This document shows positions 8,691 to 19,086 of a stretch of DNA of 64,000 bases, in pieces. Numbering within the stretch: the first letter of the stretch is position 1; every line of letters starts with the position of its first letter. A model generated the notes under the pieces. That model was not told where the DNA came from and made no database searches. It saw only the letters and a program-made list of their open reading frames with translations. A program made the translations under genes and the position numbers. This stretch comes from an archaeon (GTDB lineage Archaea > Iainarchaeota > Iainarchaeia > Iainarchaeales > 0-14-0-20-34-12), in contig JBBSVU010000006.1 of NCBI GenBank assembly GCA_038046645.1, positions 1-64,000 of the forward strand. The letters are read 5' to 3'.

Positions 8691-10829
8691 TTGATAATAA
8701 TGTCAAACCAGATAAATCAGGAACAGCTCCTAACTAAAGTTCTAGAAATAAATGGGTTTAAAGAATTAAACCCAGTGCAAAAAGAAGCTTTTGAAAAGGG
8801 TGCGTTCAGCAAAAACATTATTATTTCTTCTCCAACGAGCAGTGGTAAAACCCTTGTTGCAGAAATTTCCGCATTAAATGTGATTCTTAATAAGGGCAAA
8901 AAGATTATGTATACCTGCCCGTTGAAAGCCCTTGCTTTTGAGCATTTTTCCGAATTCAAATCAAAATATTCAAGAAAATTTAAAATAAAAGCTGCGCTAA
9001 GCACTGGTGACTTAGATTCTTCAAGCAAATATTTGAACAATTATGATGCAATATTTACCACTTATGAAAAGATAGATTCATTGATACGGCATGAGTCTTC
9101 TTGGTTAAACCAAGTAGGATTGCTTGTAGTAGATGAGATACATGAAATAGGGACAAATAGAGGCGCTACCTTAGAAATAGTGATATCTAAATTAAAGATA
9201 CTCAATCCAGAACTACAAATAATTGCACTTTCAGCAACCATGCCTAACCTAAATGAAATATCATCCTGGTTAAATGCTAATTATGTTAAAAGCGATTTTA
9301 GGCCTGTAAACTTGAAAGAAGGAATTCTCTTTGAAAATTCAATTGAATTTAAAGATGGTTCTTTGGAAGAAATAGGCATTATTGATGAATCACTTGAAAA
9401 TATAATTGAAAATACTTTAACAAAAAAAGAAAAACAATGCTTGGTTTCAGTAAATTCAAGAAAAAGCGCTGTTTCTTATGCAAAAAAACTTTCAACAATT
9501 ACTGAAAAGGCACTCAATAAAAAAAATCAAAAAGCTCTTGAAAAATGTTCTGAAAAAATATTGAGTATTTTAGAGCCGCCCACCGAACAATGTAAATTAA
9601 TTGCTGACTTAGTAAAAAGTGGCGTGGCATTCCACCATGCCGGCATAATGAGAAAACAATTAAAAGAAATAGAAGCTTGTTTTAAAGAAAAAAACATCAA
9701 AGTTATTGTTGCTACCCCGACATTAAACTTAGGGGTTAATATTCCCGCGTATCGGGTAATAATCCCTTCAACATACCGTTATTCTGAGCAAGGAATGGTC
9801 CCTATTTCAGTAAGGGAATACCATCAGATAATAGGCAGGGCTGGAAGGCCAAAGTATGATAGTGAAGGGCAAGGAATATTAATTGCAAAAAATGAAAATG
9901 ATAAGCAAAGGCTTATTGAAAATTATTTGTTCGGTTCAGATGAAGAAGTGCTATCCCAATTAGGATTCATGCCCGTGCTAAGAATGCATATCCTCGGGTT
10001 AATTTCAACAAATTTTATAAATGATTTTGAAACAACAAGGAATTTTTTTGCAAAAACACTGTATGCCAAGCAGTATGAAGACTTATCCTCATTAGAAAAC
10101 AAATTAAAATCAATTATTGAAGAATTAAATGAATTGAAATTTATTGAAATAATTGATAATAAATTCAAAATAACCCTGCTTGGAAAAAGGGTCTCAGAAC
10201 TTTATTTAGATCCATTATCCGCAAAAAACATAATTGACTGCATCCCAAAAATAAACAATGAAAGTTCTGCTATGTTTACGATTTCAAATACTGGTGAGTT
10301 TTCACCATGGTTTTTAGTAGGCAAGATAAGAGAATCTGAAATACTTATAAAAATGTTTGAAAATAAACAGTTACTGCCAATATCTGTTGAAGAACAGCAA
10401 ATGTGGGATATTAACTTATTACAAAAATATTATTCCTCACTTTTAATTTTGGATTGGATAAATGAAAAAGCTGAGCAAGACCTGCTTGAACAGTATAACA
10501 TACAACCAGGCATTTTGCACAGCAAACTGCTTATTTGTGATTGGATAGCTTACGCAATACAAGAATTGGCCAAAATACTTAACATGGATGAAAAGGCAGC
10601 TTATTTTTCACAAATTAGAAAAAGATTAAAATATGGCATAAAATCAGAATTAGTTGAATTAGTTGAATTGAAAAATATTGGAAGGATTAGAGCAAGAAGA
10701 TTATTTAAAGCAGGAATAAAAAGCATTTCTGATTTGAAAAAAACAGACATAAAAGATGTTGAACGGGTTGTTGGAAAACAGTGCGCTGAATCTGTTTTTG
10801 AACAGCTGCACCTAAGTAAGCAGTCATAA
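8691..10829 (+). CDS. hel308: Ski2-like DNA helicase Hel308/Hjm
   Basis: SPTSSGKT, DEIH, SAT, FHHAG and QIIGRAGRP motifs; C-terminal HhH IGRIRARRLF. Confidence 0.93.
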   Translation: MIIMSNQINQEQLLTKVLEINGFKELNPVQKEAFEKGAFSKNIIISSPTSSGKTLVAEISALNVILNKGKKIMYTCPLKALAFEHFSEFKSKYSRKFKIKAALSTGDLDSSSKYLNNYDAIFTTYEKIDSLIRHESSWLNQVGLLVVDEIHEIGTNRGATLEIVISKLKILNPELQIIALSATMPNLNEISSWLNANYVKSDFRPVNLKEGILFENSIEFKDGSLEEIGIIDESLENIIENTLTKKEKQCLVSVNSRKSAVSYAKKLSTITEKALNKKNQKALEKCSEKILSILEPPTEQCKLIADLVKSGVAFHHAGIMRKQLKEIEACFKEKNIKVIVATPTLNLGVNIPAYRVIIPSTYRYSEQGMVPISVREYHQIIGRAGRPKYDSEGQGILIAKNENDKQRLIENYLFGSDEEVLSQLGFMPVLRMHILGLISTNFINDFETTRNFFAKTLYAKQYEDLSSLENKLKSIIEELNELKFIEIIDNKFKITLLGKRVSELYLDPLSAKNIIDCIPKINNESSAMFTISNTGEFSPWFLVGKIRESEILIKMFENKQLLPISVEEQQMWDINLLQKYYSSLLILDWINEKAEQDLLEQYNIQPGILHSKLLICDWIAYAIQELAKILNMDEKAAYFSQIRKRLKYGIKSELVELVELKNIGRIRARRLFKAGIKSISDLKKTDIKDVERVVGKQCAESVFEQLHLSKQS

Positions 10830-10835
10830 CGTCTA

Positions 10836-11009
10836 GGAACCCACGCCTAAAGGCGTGACAGAGTATCGAATAAGTATTAATAAAAAAATAGTTTAATAGT
10901 TTGAAGGCATATATTATTAAAAGTTCGATACTCTGTTGGGCTTGTGGATAATGCTATTAATGTTCAAGAAAACAATGCCATTGCCTAAAGGCAATGGCTT
11001 CCACAAGCC
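10836..11009. mobile_element. non-autonomous IS200/IS605-derived miniature element
   Basis: Two CCTAAAGG-centred hairpins like the tnpB end; 13-bp and 10-bp internal inverted repeats; 72 bp recurs inverted at 50416-50487. Confidence 0.65.
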
Positions 11010-11079
11010 AGACGTTATGAGTGACATTGCCATCGCTCTCCAATATGAATTTTCACTCCCATCATTGCCTGCTGATTAT

Positions 11080-11703
11080 TCATTTATTCTTAGTTTTGGG
11101 GTATTTGCAATATTCTTTAATTCTGCAAATTTCACATTTTGGGTTTATAGGCAAGCAAATATTTTGGCCAAATTTCACGAAAAGATTATTTATATATTTC
11201 CAATATTTATTAGGGACTTTTTGCATTAATTTTTGCTCTGTTTCTTCTGGCTTTTTTGTCTTTACTAACCCCAACCTGTTTGAGATTCTGTGAACATGGG
11301 TGTCAACTGCAATTCCATCCAAATCAAATGCATAAATTCTGACACATTGGGCTGTTTTTCTACCAACCCCAGGGAGGAATAATAAGTCAGCAAGAGTAGA
11401 AGGGACTTTTCCATGCCAATTATCTAATAAAATGCGGCTTAATTGTTTAATTCTAGCAGCTTTAACTTTATAAAATCCAACTTTCTTTATCAATTTTTTT
11501 ATGTTTTTTAAATCAGCCCCTGCCAATTTTTCCGCTGTTGGATATTTCTCAAACAAAGAATCTGCGGCCTTTTTTGTTGTTTCATCCCTTGTCCTTGCAC
11601 TTAGAACAGTCGAAACCAGAACCTTAAAATCAGAATTATATTTGAGTATTGGTTTGCTGAATTTATGTTTTTGTAATTCTTCAAAAATCCTTAAAAATTG
11701 CAT
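11080..11703 (-). CDS. nth: endonuclease III
   Basis: VLSART.DE, HhH LPGVGRKTA, VDTHVHR and the C-x6-C-x2-C-x5-C Fe-S motif. Confidence 0.95.
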   Translation of the reverse strand: MQFLRIFEELQKHKFSKPILKYNSDFKVLVSTVLSARTRDETTKKAADSLFEKYPTAEKLAGADLKNIKKLIKKVGFYKVKAARIKQLSRILLDNWHGKVPSTLADLLFLPGVGRKTAQCVRIYAFDLDGIAVDTHVHRISNRLGLVKTKKPEETEQKLMQKVPNKYWKYINNLFVKFGQNICLPINPKCEICRIKEYCKYPKTKNK

Positions 11704-11707
11704 TAAA

Positions 11708-12922
11708 TCACTTTTTCGGGCAGAGAATGGTTTTTGTGAATTCTTCAGGCACTGCCTCTTTGCAGACTGTTTGGATATCTTTCTTTGTTTTTAGTGTGGC
11801 TAAGGCCAAAAAATCCTCAAACTGCCTAAATCCAAAAGTGTCAGCAAATATATTCTGCTCAGCCATCACTAAGGGGTCTTCTCTAGCTATAAGTTGTTTC
11901 CCTTTGAAATACGCCCTTGCACGAGCTAATTGTTTGTCGGTAATACTGCCGTTCTTCAAATTATTGAATTCTTGCTCTATTAGATGGATTGCTTTCAAAT
12001 AATTTTTAGGGTTTGTTGCTAGATATACACAAAAAAAAGCGTGATTTTTATCCCCATCTACAAAGCTGTGCACATCATAGCAAAGCCCCCTTTTTTCCCT
12101 TAATTCTTGAAAAAGCACTGAACTTAATCCTTCACCTAACATCGCACTTAATAAGTTAAAAACAGCTAATTGATTATTATCCTTTGATGAAAATGGAAAA
12201 CCCATGCAAACATGGGTCTGCTCCAAATCCTTAAGCAACATGCTTTCCCTTGGTTTCCAGCTAGAAAGATTAAACTTTTTCATCCCTGCTGGTTGCTTGC
12301 GTTTTTTTAAATCTGGAAGCCTTCTTTCCACTGAATCCAGTATCCTCCTTGCGGGAATCGACGTATTTATGCTAAAGCAAAAATTATTAGGGGAATAACA
12401 TTCTTTAAAATATCTTTCAATATCCTTCTTTTTAATTGAAGAAACACTCTTTTCAGTTCCAGCTGTTTCAAAACCTAATGGGTGTTTGTGGTATAAATCA
12501 GATAAAAAATTCTGAAAAACAAATCTTGTGGGATTATCCTTTATTTCAGTAATCTCACTTAAGATTATTTTCCTCTCTGTCTCAATCTCTTTTTTATCAA
12601 AAACACTATTAAAAAGACAGTCAAATAGGATATCTAAGTTTTTTTCAAAAAAATCAGGCAATCCTTTTACATAGTAAGCCGTAGCTTCTTTTTTTGTATA
12701 CGCATTAGTTATGCTACCTGTCTTTTCAATATTGAAAGAAATCTCTTTACGGGTATGTTTTCTTGTTTTAGTAAAAAGCAGATGCTCAATGAAGTGGGCA
12801 ACTCCAGCATATCTTTCTTCTTCCAATGCAGACCCAAAAGGTATATTTGCTAATGTCACTGTGCTGTATTTTGAAGAATCATAAAGTAGCTTAGCCCCAG
12901 ATTCTAGCTGAAACACATTCAT
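11708..12922 (-). CDS. M16 (pitrilysin-family) zinc peptidase
   Basis: HFIEH (HxxEH), NAYT and LFQELREKRGLCY motifs. Confidence 0.9.
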   Translation of the reverse strand: MNVFQLESGAKLLYDSSKYSTVTLANIPFGSALEEERYAGVAHFIEHLLFTKTRKHTRKEISFNIEKTGSITNAYTKKEATAYYVKGLPDFFEKNLDILFDCLFNSVFDKKEIETERKIILSEITEIKDNPTRFVFQNFLSDLYHKHPLGFETAGTEKSVSSIKKKDIERYFKECYSPNNFCFSINTSIPARRILDSVERRLPDLKKRKQPAGMKKFNLSSWKPRESMLLKDLEQTHVCMGFPFSSKDNNQLAVFNLLSAMLGEGLSSVLFQELREKRGLCYDVHSFVDGDKNHAFFCVYLATNPKNYLKAIHLIEQEFNNLKNGSITDKQLARARAYFKGKQLIAREDPLVMAEQNIFADTFGFRQFEDFLALATLKTKKDIQTVCKEAVPEEFTKTILCPKK

Positions 12923-12940
12923 AAAAACAACTATAGATAA

Positions 12941-13135
12941 TTATGTTTTTTTGTTCCTGTTTCTGCCAAAATTAGCATATTTTCTATACTTTATTTCAGT
13001 CCAAGGTTTTGGCTGTTTTGATCGCATTTTTAATTCTTCAGCCAATAACTTTTTCCTCATATCTTCAGTTACTTGCCCAAATAACAAACCTTTGAAATCA
13101 AAGTCGTCTTTAAATGAGGGATCTTCTCTAGTCAT
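12941..13135 (-). CDS. small hypothetical protein
   Basis: 64-aa ORF co-oriented with, and 18 bp upstream of, the M16 gene. Confidence 0.5.
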   Translation of the reverse strand: MTREDPSFKDDFDFKGLLFGQVTEDMRKKLLAEELKMRSKQPKPWTEIKYRKYANFGRNRNKKT

Positions 13136-13188
13136 ATAACAGTCTATGCACCAGACTCTTTAAAAAGGTTATTAAAAACAACAGAATT

Positions 13189-14070
13189 ATGCCGCAGGAA
13201 AAAGTTATTGGTAATGACCAAAAAAACCCGGTTATGCAAAACAACAAGGAAGAGTTAATTAAAAAGTTTTCAAATGAGTTAATTGTTGCTGGGTACTCCC
13301 CAAAAACAGTGGTTATGTATTGCGGATATGTTTCTGAATTTTTTAACACACTAAAAAAGCCAATAACTGAATCAACGCATGATGATATAATTGCTTTTTT
13401 AGTAAATAAGAAATCTAAGAACGTAACTAATACTACTTTAGCACTAATCTATTCTGCGTTGAATTTTTTCTTCAAAAATTTCCTAAAAATAAAAATTTTA
13501 GAAGAGATAAAAAGGCCCAAAATAGGGAAAAAGATACCGATAGTTCTCACAAAAAATGAAGTAATCGCATTAATTTCGGCTGCAACAAAAAAAACGGATT
13601 CGTTAATTTTAAGCTTTTTATATTCCAGCGGCTGTAGGGTAAGTGAATGCACAAAATTAAAGGTAAATGACCTTGATATGGATAATTATACTGCAACTGT
13701 TTTTGGGGGCAAAGGAAATAAAGACCGCATCGTGATATTATCAAAAAAATGGGTTGAAGACATAAAACAGTACTTAAAAACAAGAAAATTACTAAGTGAA
13801 TTTGTTTTTTGCAATTCATCTGGCAACAAAATATCTGAAGATGTGGTTCAGCGGATAGTAAAAAAATGCGCTAAAAAGGCAAACATAACTAAAGACACAA
13901 CCCCGCACACTTTGCGCCACTCTTATGCAACCCATCTTTTGGAAAGTGGGGAAAGCATAAGAAAAATACAAGTTTTGTTGGGCCACTCAAATTTATCGAC
14001 AACCCAAATATATACTAGGGTAAGTACTGATGAGTTAAAAAAAGTAAAAAGCCCCCTTGATTCTTTATGA
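13189..14070 (+). CDS. xerA: tyrosine recombinase XerA-like
   Basis: SGCRVSE, GKGNKDR, HTLRHSYATH and LGHSNLSTTQIYT catalytic set; the true start may be the second Met. Confidence 0.88.
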   Translation: MPQEKVIGNDQKNPVMQNNKEELIKKFSNELIVAGYSPKTVVMYCGYVSEFFNTLKKPITESTHDDIIAFLVNKKSKNVTNTTLALIYSALNFFFKNFLKIKILEEIKRPKIGKKIPIVLTKNEVIALISAATKKTDSLILSFLYSSGCRVSECTKLKVNDLDMDNYTATVFGGKGNKDRIVILSKKWVEDIKQYLKTRKLLSEFVFCNSSGNKISEDVVQRIVKKCAKKANITKDTTPHTLRHSYATHLLESGESIRKIQVLLGHSNLSTTQIYTRVSTDELKKVKSPLDSL

Positions 14071-14218
14071 TGGGGGCGCACTTCCACTATTTTTTTAGCT
14101 GTTTTTTAGTTTAAAAACAAGAAAAAAGGCAAACATTTAAATAAACAAAATACATTATCTTATAAAAATAATTCTAAAAAATTAATAAATTAAAGGGCGG
14201 AATAAGCGGGTGATTTAA

Positions 14219-14539
14219 ATGACATTAAGGCTTTCAGAGCTATTTGGGAAGGAAATTTTCACTTCCAAATCGGAACATAAAGGCAAGATCTTTGATCTTG
14301 TCATTAATTTAGAGAAGGGTAGAATTGAAACAATAACTACTGAATCATTAAAGGTAAAATCAAAACAAGAAGCCAGAAAAATAATAACTGAAAAAAGCAT
14401 TCCATATAGAAAGGTAATGTCAGTAAAGGATATTGTTTTGGTGAGAGGGGATTCAGAAGTTGTTGAAGCTGAAGAAGAGCCTGTTGCTCAAAAAACAATT
14501 CAACCTGGTGCGAGTTATAGATTAAGGCATAGAAGATAA
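14219..14539 (+). CDS. PRC-barrel domain protein
   Basis: LSELFGKEIFT...GKIFDLVI...IPYRKVMSVKDIVLV; GGTGA RBS. Confidence 0.85.
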   Translation: MTLRLSELFGKEIFTSKSEHKGKIFDLVINLEKGRIETITTESLKVKSKQEARKIITEKSIPYRKVMSVKDIVLVRGDSEVVEAEEEPVAQKTIQPGASYRLRHRR

Positions 14540-14653
14540 AGAATACAACGAAAGCACAGTAATTACTTGATTTTAAGTGTTTTAAGTAATAGTTTTTAAA
14601 GTTGTATGTATCATCTCTATACATAAGTAGCGAATAAATATGTTATAATTTAA

Positions 14654-15253
14654 TTGTGGAAGTGTGGGGGTAGTATGTCTACTGTAAAAGGATATTTTGT
14701 CCAATATAAATTTATTTTTCCGGATTCAATTAAACATTCATCCTACACATACCAAAAGCTATTTAGGGCTATTTATGGATACACCCAAGTGGTTTTCAAA
14801 TCATCTGGCAAGCGTTATCGTTATCATAGGCAGGGAGTTTTATCTGAAGTTCCCTATATTCGATCAGGGAAAAACTGCGTAATTATCCCCCAAGCTGCGC
14901 TTCAAAAACTAACTACTTTTTTTAGGACTGGAATAAACCCAACCCATAAATGGCATGTTAAAGGAAATTGGAAGGCGGTTTATTATGTTGGGGAAAAAGA
15001 ACTTAATCCAACTACGGTTAAAGATTCATTAGAGAAACAACTTGATCGTCTGTATTTATCTGAAGGTAAATCTGTTTTTAATGAGTTAAAAAGGTGTGAG
15101 GTGGGGGAGGTTAGTGAATCATATGCCAAGCATCTACTTTCCGAAGCTGAGAAAATAATAAAACAACCGTGGTTTGTTGTGGTTTATTCTTCTTCCCAAA
15201 ATTTAAAAGATTTTAAGACTCTTTATTCAAAAATATTAACTAAATACCCCTAA
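14654..15253 (+). CDS. hypothetical protein (ATG at 14675 is the likelier start)
   Basis: ORF of about 190 aa with a GGGGG RBS before the ATG; no recognised family. Confidence 0.7.
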   Translation: MWKCGGSMSTVKGYFVQYKFIFPDSIKHSSYTYQKLFRAIYGYTQVVFKSSGKRYRYHRQGVLSEVPYIRSGKNCVIIPQAALQKLTTFFRTGINPTHKWHVKGNWKAVYYVGEKELNPTTVKDSLEKQLDRLYLSEGKSVFNELKRCEVGEVSESYAKHLLSEAEKIIKQPWFVVVYSSSQNLKDFKTLYSKILTKYP

Positions 15254-15257
15254 CTTA

Positions 15258-15722
15258 TCAATTACTCTCTGAAATAAGCTTTATTTTCTTTTTTTGTGGT
15301 TCTTTAGCCCTCAACTCATCTCTTATTTCATCAACCAACTCAAATAAAAACTCATTTTTCTTCCATTTTCTTATTCCCCCAACACTACTAGCCTCAAAAA
15401 AACCAACATCAACCATTGTTTTTATGTATGGGTATAAACTTCTTTCATTTAAATATTCAATACCCACAACCACCTTTATCCTCCTTCTTATTTCTTCCAT
15501 TGAAATCCACTCATCAAACCCAACTACTTTAGAAAGATGGTCGGCTTGAGTATCCTTCTTAAATCGAACAAAATCCCATACAGCGTATATTTTTTTTACC
15601 TTCTTATCCACAAATTCATCTTTAAATACTTCATTCATTTCTTTTTCTTTCGGTTCTGTTGCCCACACAACTATTGAATCTATGCGTTTTAGTAAAGATC
15701 GTATTATTAGTTTAATTACCAT
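15258..15722 (-). CDS. hypothetical protein, probable winged-helix DNA-binding domain
   Basis: WISMEEIRRRI...ERSLYPYIKTMVDVGFFE...RKWK fits a wHTH pattern. Confidence 0.6.
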   Translation of the reverse strand: MVIKLIIRSLLKRIDSIVVWATEPKEKEMNEVFKDEFVDKKVKKIYAVWDFVRFKKDTQADHLSKVVGFDEWISMEEIRRRIKVVVGIEYLNERSLYPYIKTMVDVGFFEASSVGGIRKWKKNEFLFELVDEIRDELRAKEPQKKKIKLISESN

Positions 15723-16068
15723 ATTTACCTTATTGATAGTAATTACTTAAAAATATTACGGTAATTACCTTATTGCCCCCAAACGCCACATATCTCTAAA
15801 GTAAGTGCTTTTTTATGCATTTTTATTTACCCACGCAACCCGCCTTAGTTTGATTTAATATTAAAAAACAAAGTAATTGATTTTTCATTAATGAAAAATC
15901 ATCCCCTTGTTAGAAATCTAGTCTATTTTTTGAAAGTAATGATCCGTTTTTTATGTTTTTATCCCTTATCTTTAGGTTAGGACGTACCTAAAATCAGAGT
16001 AATTGTTAATTTTAATATACTTTATTAAAAAAATCTACCATGGCCCATAAAATTAGAAAGTAATGGTA

Positions 16069-16158
16069 TAGCGGAGGAAGGATTTGAACCTTCGACCTTC
16101 GGGTTTCCAACATTAAAGTTATGAGCCCGACGGGCACTCCTGGCTGCCCTACCCCGCT
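16069..16158 (-). tRNA. initiator tRNA-Met(CAT) with a 15-nt intron at 37/38 (16105-16119)
   Basis: A1-T72 pair, GGG/CCC anticodon stem, TTCAAAT T-loop. Confidence 0.92.
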
Positions 16159-16329
16159 ATTTTTCAGTAAATATAAGGACAAAAACGGTAGTATTCTATT
16201 TTAATCGTTCTAAATTTACGTGTTTTACTAATCCTTGTTGCTTTTTATCCTTTTATTTAATAAAAAAGGAAAATACTCCTTTTTAAAGTTTAATTATTAA
16301 TTCTAAAATACATCCAAGTTTATGTGTTT

Positions 16330-16860
16330 TTATGACATCTTTTTGAACTCTTTTACTATATTTTCTGCCTCATTTATCCTTTTTTTTGTTTTTTTTATTC
16401 TAACATTACTATCTAATGAATTCATCTCTTTACCACAATCCGGGCAAATAAAGTTATATTGCGATGCTATTTCAAAAACTGCCTCAGAACAGCCCTTTTC
16501 ACAAGAAAAAAAGCAATAATCCTGCATTTTTTCAATTTCCTTAGTTAATTTAGTTATTTCTTCTTGTTTATCCTTAATTAAATACTCTAAAATCTTTTTA
16601 TTATTTATTTTCCAAGTATATGAATACCATCCAGTATTCTTATTCTTCTTTCTTGCGTATTCAACAATTCCTTTATAATGCAGCCTATTTAAAGCAGTTC
16701 TTATCTCTGTGACTTTTAGCTTTAATTTTTTTGCTACATCCTCATCCGAAAAACCATCTGATAAATAATATTTAGCTATTAATGGCATTGCTAATTGGCC
16801 ACCATTATTGGTCAAAAAATCTTGAACAAAATCATACTTAAAAATAGATTTTTTTACCAT
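16330..16860 (-). CDS. tfe: transcription factor E alpha
   Basis: DEDVAKKL...RTALNRL wHTH, GWYSYTW and the CPDCG zinc ribbon. Confidence 0.92.
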   Translation of the reverse strand: MVKKSIFKYDFVQDFLTNNGGQLAMPLIAKYYLSDGFSDEDVAKKLKLKVTEIRTALNRLHYKGIVEYARKKNKNTGWYSYTWKINNKKILEYLIKDKQEEITKLTKEIEKMQDYCFFSCEKGCSEAVFEIASQYNFICPDCGKEMNSLDSNVRIKKTKKRINEAENIVKEFKKMS

Positions 16861-16911
16861 ATACTATCTCCTATAATAAAAGGTATATAAACAAATCTCT
16901 TATTAGTTCAT

Positions 16912-17445
16912 TTAATTTGTTTTTATTATATCTTTATTTGAATTACTTGGATTGATCTTTATTTTAGCATTTTTAAAATTAGCGTACATTGTTTTATCCT
17001 TCATAATTTTATTCAAAAATATTGCCAAGGCAGCAATTTCTGAATGGGGTTGGTTCCCTATGCTGATATTATACTCACTTATTTCATAAACTTCTTTTGG
17101 AACTTTTTGAGACCCTATTATGACCATAATTTTATTTTTCCTCTTTATTGATTTGATTTTTTTATAAATCTCTTTCCCATACATCGTTAAATGAATTAGG
17201 CAGTATCCTTCTTTTTTATAACTTTTTAAAGACTGCTTCCAATTATCAGTAAACTCAACCTTAAAATTGCCTCCCCATAAGGAGTTTATTTTAGAAATGG
17301 TATCTTCTAATTCTTTATCATAAAATCCATCAATTATTATTTTTGAGGCATTTAGCGCCCTAGACACCAAACAAACATGGGTTGTTACTCTTAAATCTCT
17401 TACGACCCGATGCCCATATCTAAATACAATAACTTCCTTTACCAT
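16912..17445 (-). CDS. trm56: tRNA (cytidine56-2'-O)-methyltransferase
   Basis: GHRVVRDLRVTTHVCL, HLTMYG and NQPHSEIAALA motifs. Confidence 0.95.
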   Translation of the reverse strand: MVKEVIVFRYGHRVVRDLRVTTHVCLVSRALNASKIIIDGFYDKELEDTISKINSLWGGNFKVEFTDNWKQSLKSYKKEGYCLIHLTMYGKEIYKKIKSIKRKNKIMVIIGSQKVPKEVYEISEYNISIGNQPHSEIAALAIFLNKIMKDKTMYANFKNAKIKINPSNSNKDIIKTN

Positions 17446-17464
17446 ATCTAAGAGACCAGTAGAA

Positions 17465-18772
17465 ATGTATTTAACTGTTTTTTATTATGTGTTAGGTATG
17501 CTAGATATTAATCAAATTAGGCAAGCTCCGGATTTTGTTATTAAAAACATCGAACGAAGGAAAAATACGGAGAAAATACAATTATTGAAAGAATTAATAA
17601 TTAAAGATGAAAAATGGAGAAAAGCAATTGCCGGCCTTAATGACTTAAACCATGTGCGTAATAATATTTCTAAAGAAATCAATGAGCTTAAGTTGAATGG
17701 GAAAGATATTTCAACGAAACTTGGGGAAGCAAAAAAACTTCCATTAGCAATAAAAGAAGCAGAAACCCTAGAAAATAATTTAAAGGACGAAGTGGATTCC
17801 CTGCTTTTAAAAATTCCGAATTTGTTGCATGAGTCAGTTCCTTATGGGGGGTCTGATGCTGATAATGTGGTAATTAAAACAAATGGAAAAATAAAGAAAC
17901 CTACTTTTGAATTAATTCACCACGGGGATTTGGCGGTCAATCTGGATTTGGCAGAATTCAAAAGAGCAACAAAAATCTCTGGTGTTGGGTTTTTTTATTT
18001 GAAAAATCAATTAGTGCTTTTAGATTTAGCATTGCAGCGATATGCTTTAGACATTTTAATTAAAAAGGGGTTTAGCCCAATCCAGCCACCTTTTTTAATC
18101 AGAAAAGAGCCATATCGGGGGGTTACCGACTTAGATTTCTTTGAAAATCAATTATACAAAACAGACGAGGATTTATTTTTGATTGCAACTGCAGAACATC
18201 CAATCGCCGCAATGTATATGAATGAAACCTTAAACGAGGATGATTTGCCTATAAAATATGCTGGTCTTTCCCCTTGCTTTAGGAAGGAAATAGGCAAACA
18301 CAATATTGATGAAAAGGGGTTCTTTAGGGTGCATCAATTCAATAAAGTAGAGCAGTTCATTTTTTGTACTGAAGAGCAGTCTTGGGACCTTTTCGAAGGA
18401 TTAGCTGAAAATTCTGAGAATTTGCTTACTGCTTTGGAAATACCCTACCAAAAAGTAAATGTGTGTACCGGGGATATAGGTGAAATTGCTACCAAAAAAT
18501 ATGATATAAACGGATGGTCCCCAAGAGAGCAAAAATATATTGAATTAATGTCATGCTCACACTGTTCTGATTACCAAGCAAGACGGTTAAAAATAAAGTA
18601 TTTGAAAGGGAATGAGAAGAAATTTGTGACCACTCTGAATAACACAATGGTTGCGACAACAAGATTGTTGAGAATACTTTTAGAGACTTATCAAACTAAA
18701 GAGGGCACATTTAAGGTCCCTAAGGTTTTGCAACCTTATTTGAATTGTAAGGAAATCACCAACCATAACTAG
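17465..18772 (+). CDS. serS: seryl-tRNA synthetase (likely start at MLDIN, 17498)
   Basis: ATAEHP, CFRKE and RVHQFNKVEQF motifs; N-terminal coiled coil. Confidence 0.95.
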   Translation: MYLTVFYYVLGMLDINQIRQAPDFVIKNIERRKNTEKIQLLKELIIKDEKWRKAIAGLNDLNHVRNNISKEINELKLNGKDISTKLGEAKKLPLAIKEAETLENNLKDEVDSLLLKIPNLLHESVPYGGSDADNVVIKTNGKIKKPTFELIHHGDLAVNLDLAEFKRATKISGVGFFYLKNQLVLLDLALQRYALDILIKKGFSPIQPPFLIRKEPYRGVTDLDFFENQLYKTDEDLFLIATAEHPIAAMYMNETLNEDDLPIKYAGLSPCFRKEIGKHNIDEKGFFRVHQFNKVEQFIFCTEEQSWDLFEGLAENSENLLTALEIPYQKVNVCTGDIGEIATKKYDINGWSPREQKYIELMSCSHCSDYQARRLKIKYLKGNEKKFVTTLNNTMVATTRLLRILLETYQTKEGTFKVPKVLQPYLNCKEITNHN

Positions 18773-18812
18773 CGTTTTTAAATACTATCCTAAAAGGTTA
18801 TTTGTACAAAAT

Positions 18813-18885
18813 GGGCCCGTAGCTCAGTTGGCAGAGCACTGGACTTTTAATCCAGGTGTCAGGGGTTCAAATCCCCTCGGGCTCG
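18813..18885 (+). tRNA. tRNA-Lys(TTT)
   Basis: GGGCCCG/CGGGCTC acceptor stem; CTTTTAA anticodon loop. Confidence 0.95.
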
Positions 18886-18979
18886 TTCTGCCTTTATTTT
18901 CTAAAAAAAAGAAGTTTTGTAATATAAAAAAGATTTAGGGAATGAATGGAATAGTTTAATATATTTTAGAAAGCAATTA

Positions 18980-19053
18980 GGGACAGTAGCTCAGCCTGGG
19001 AGAGCACACGGCTGAAGACCGTGGTGTCGCGAGTTCAAATCTCGCCTGTCCCA
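18980..19053 (+). tRNA. tRNA-Phe(GAA)
   Basis: GGGACAG/CTGTCCC acceptor stem; CTGAAGA anticodon loop. Confidence 0.95.
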
Positions 19054-19086
19054 TATTTATTCTTAAATTAAGAGGTAAATTCAAGG

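Noticed and set aside
14628..14654. dif-like sequence GTAGCGAATAA-ATATG-TTATAATTTAA
   Set aside because: The spacer is 5 bp rather than 6 and arm symmetry is weak.
15738..16064. Degenerate CRISPR array (about 63-bp period)
   Set aside because: Only 6-9 bp are shared between units, and there are no cas genes in the window.
13189..16158. xerA plus nearby tRNA-Met as an integrated virus/plasmid or an integron
   Set aside because: No duplicated tRNA 3' end (att site), no IntI-specific insertion, no cassette array, and the flanking genes are housekeeping.
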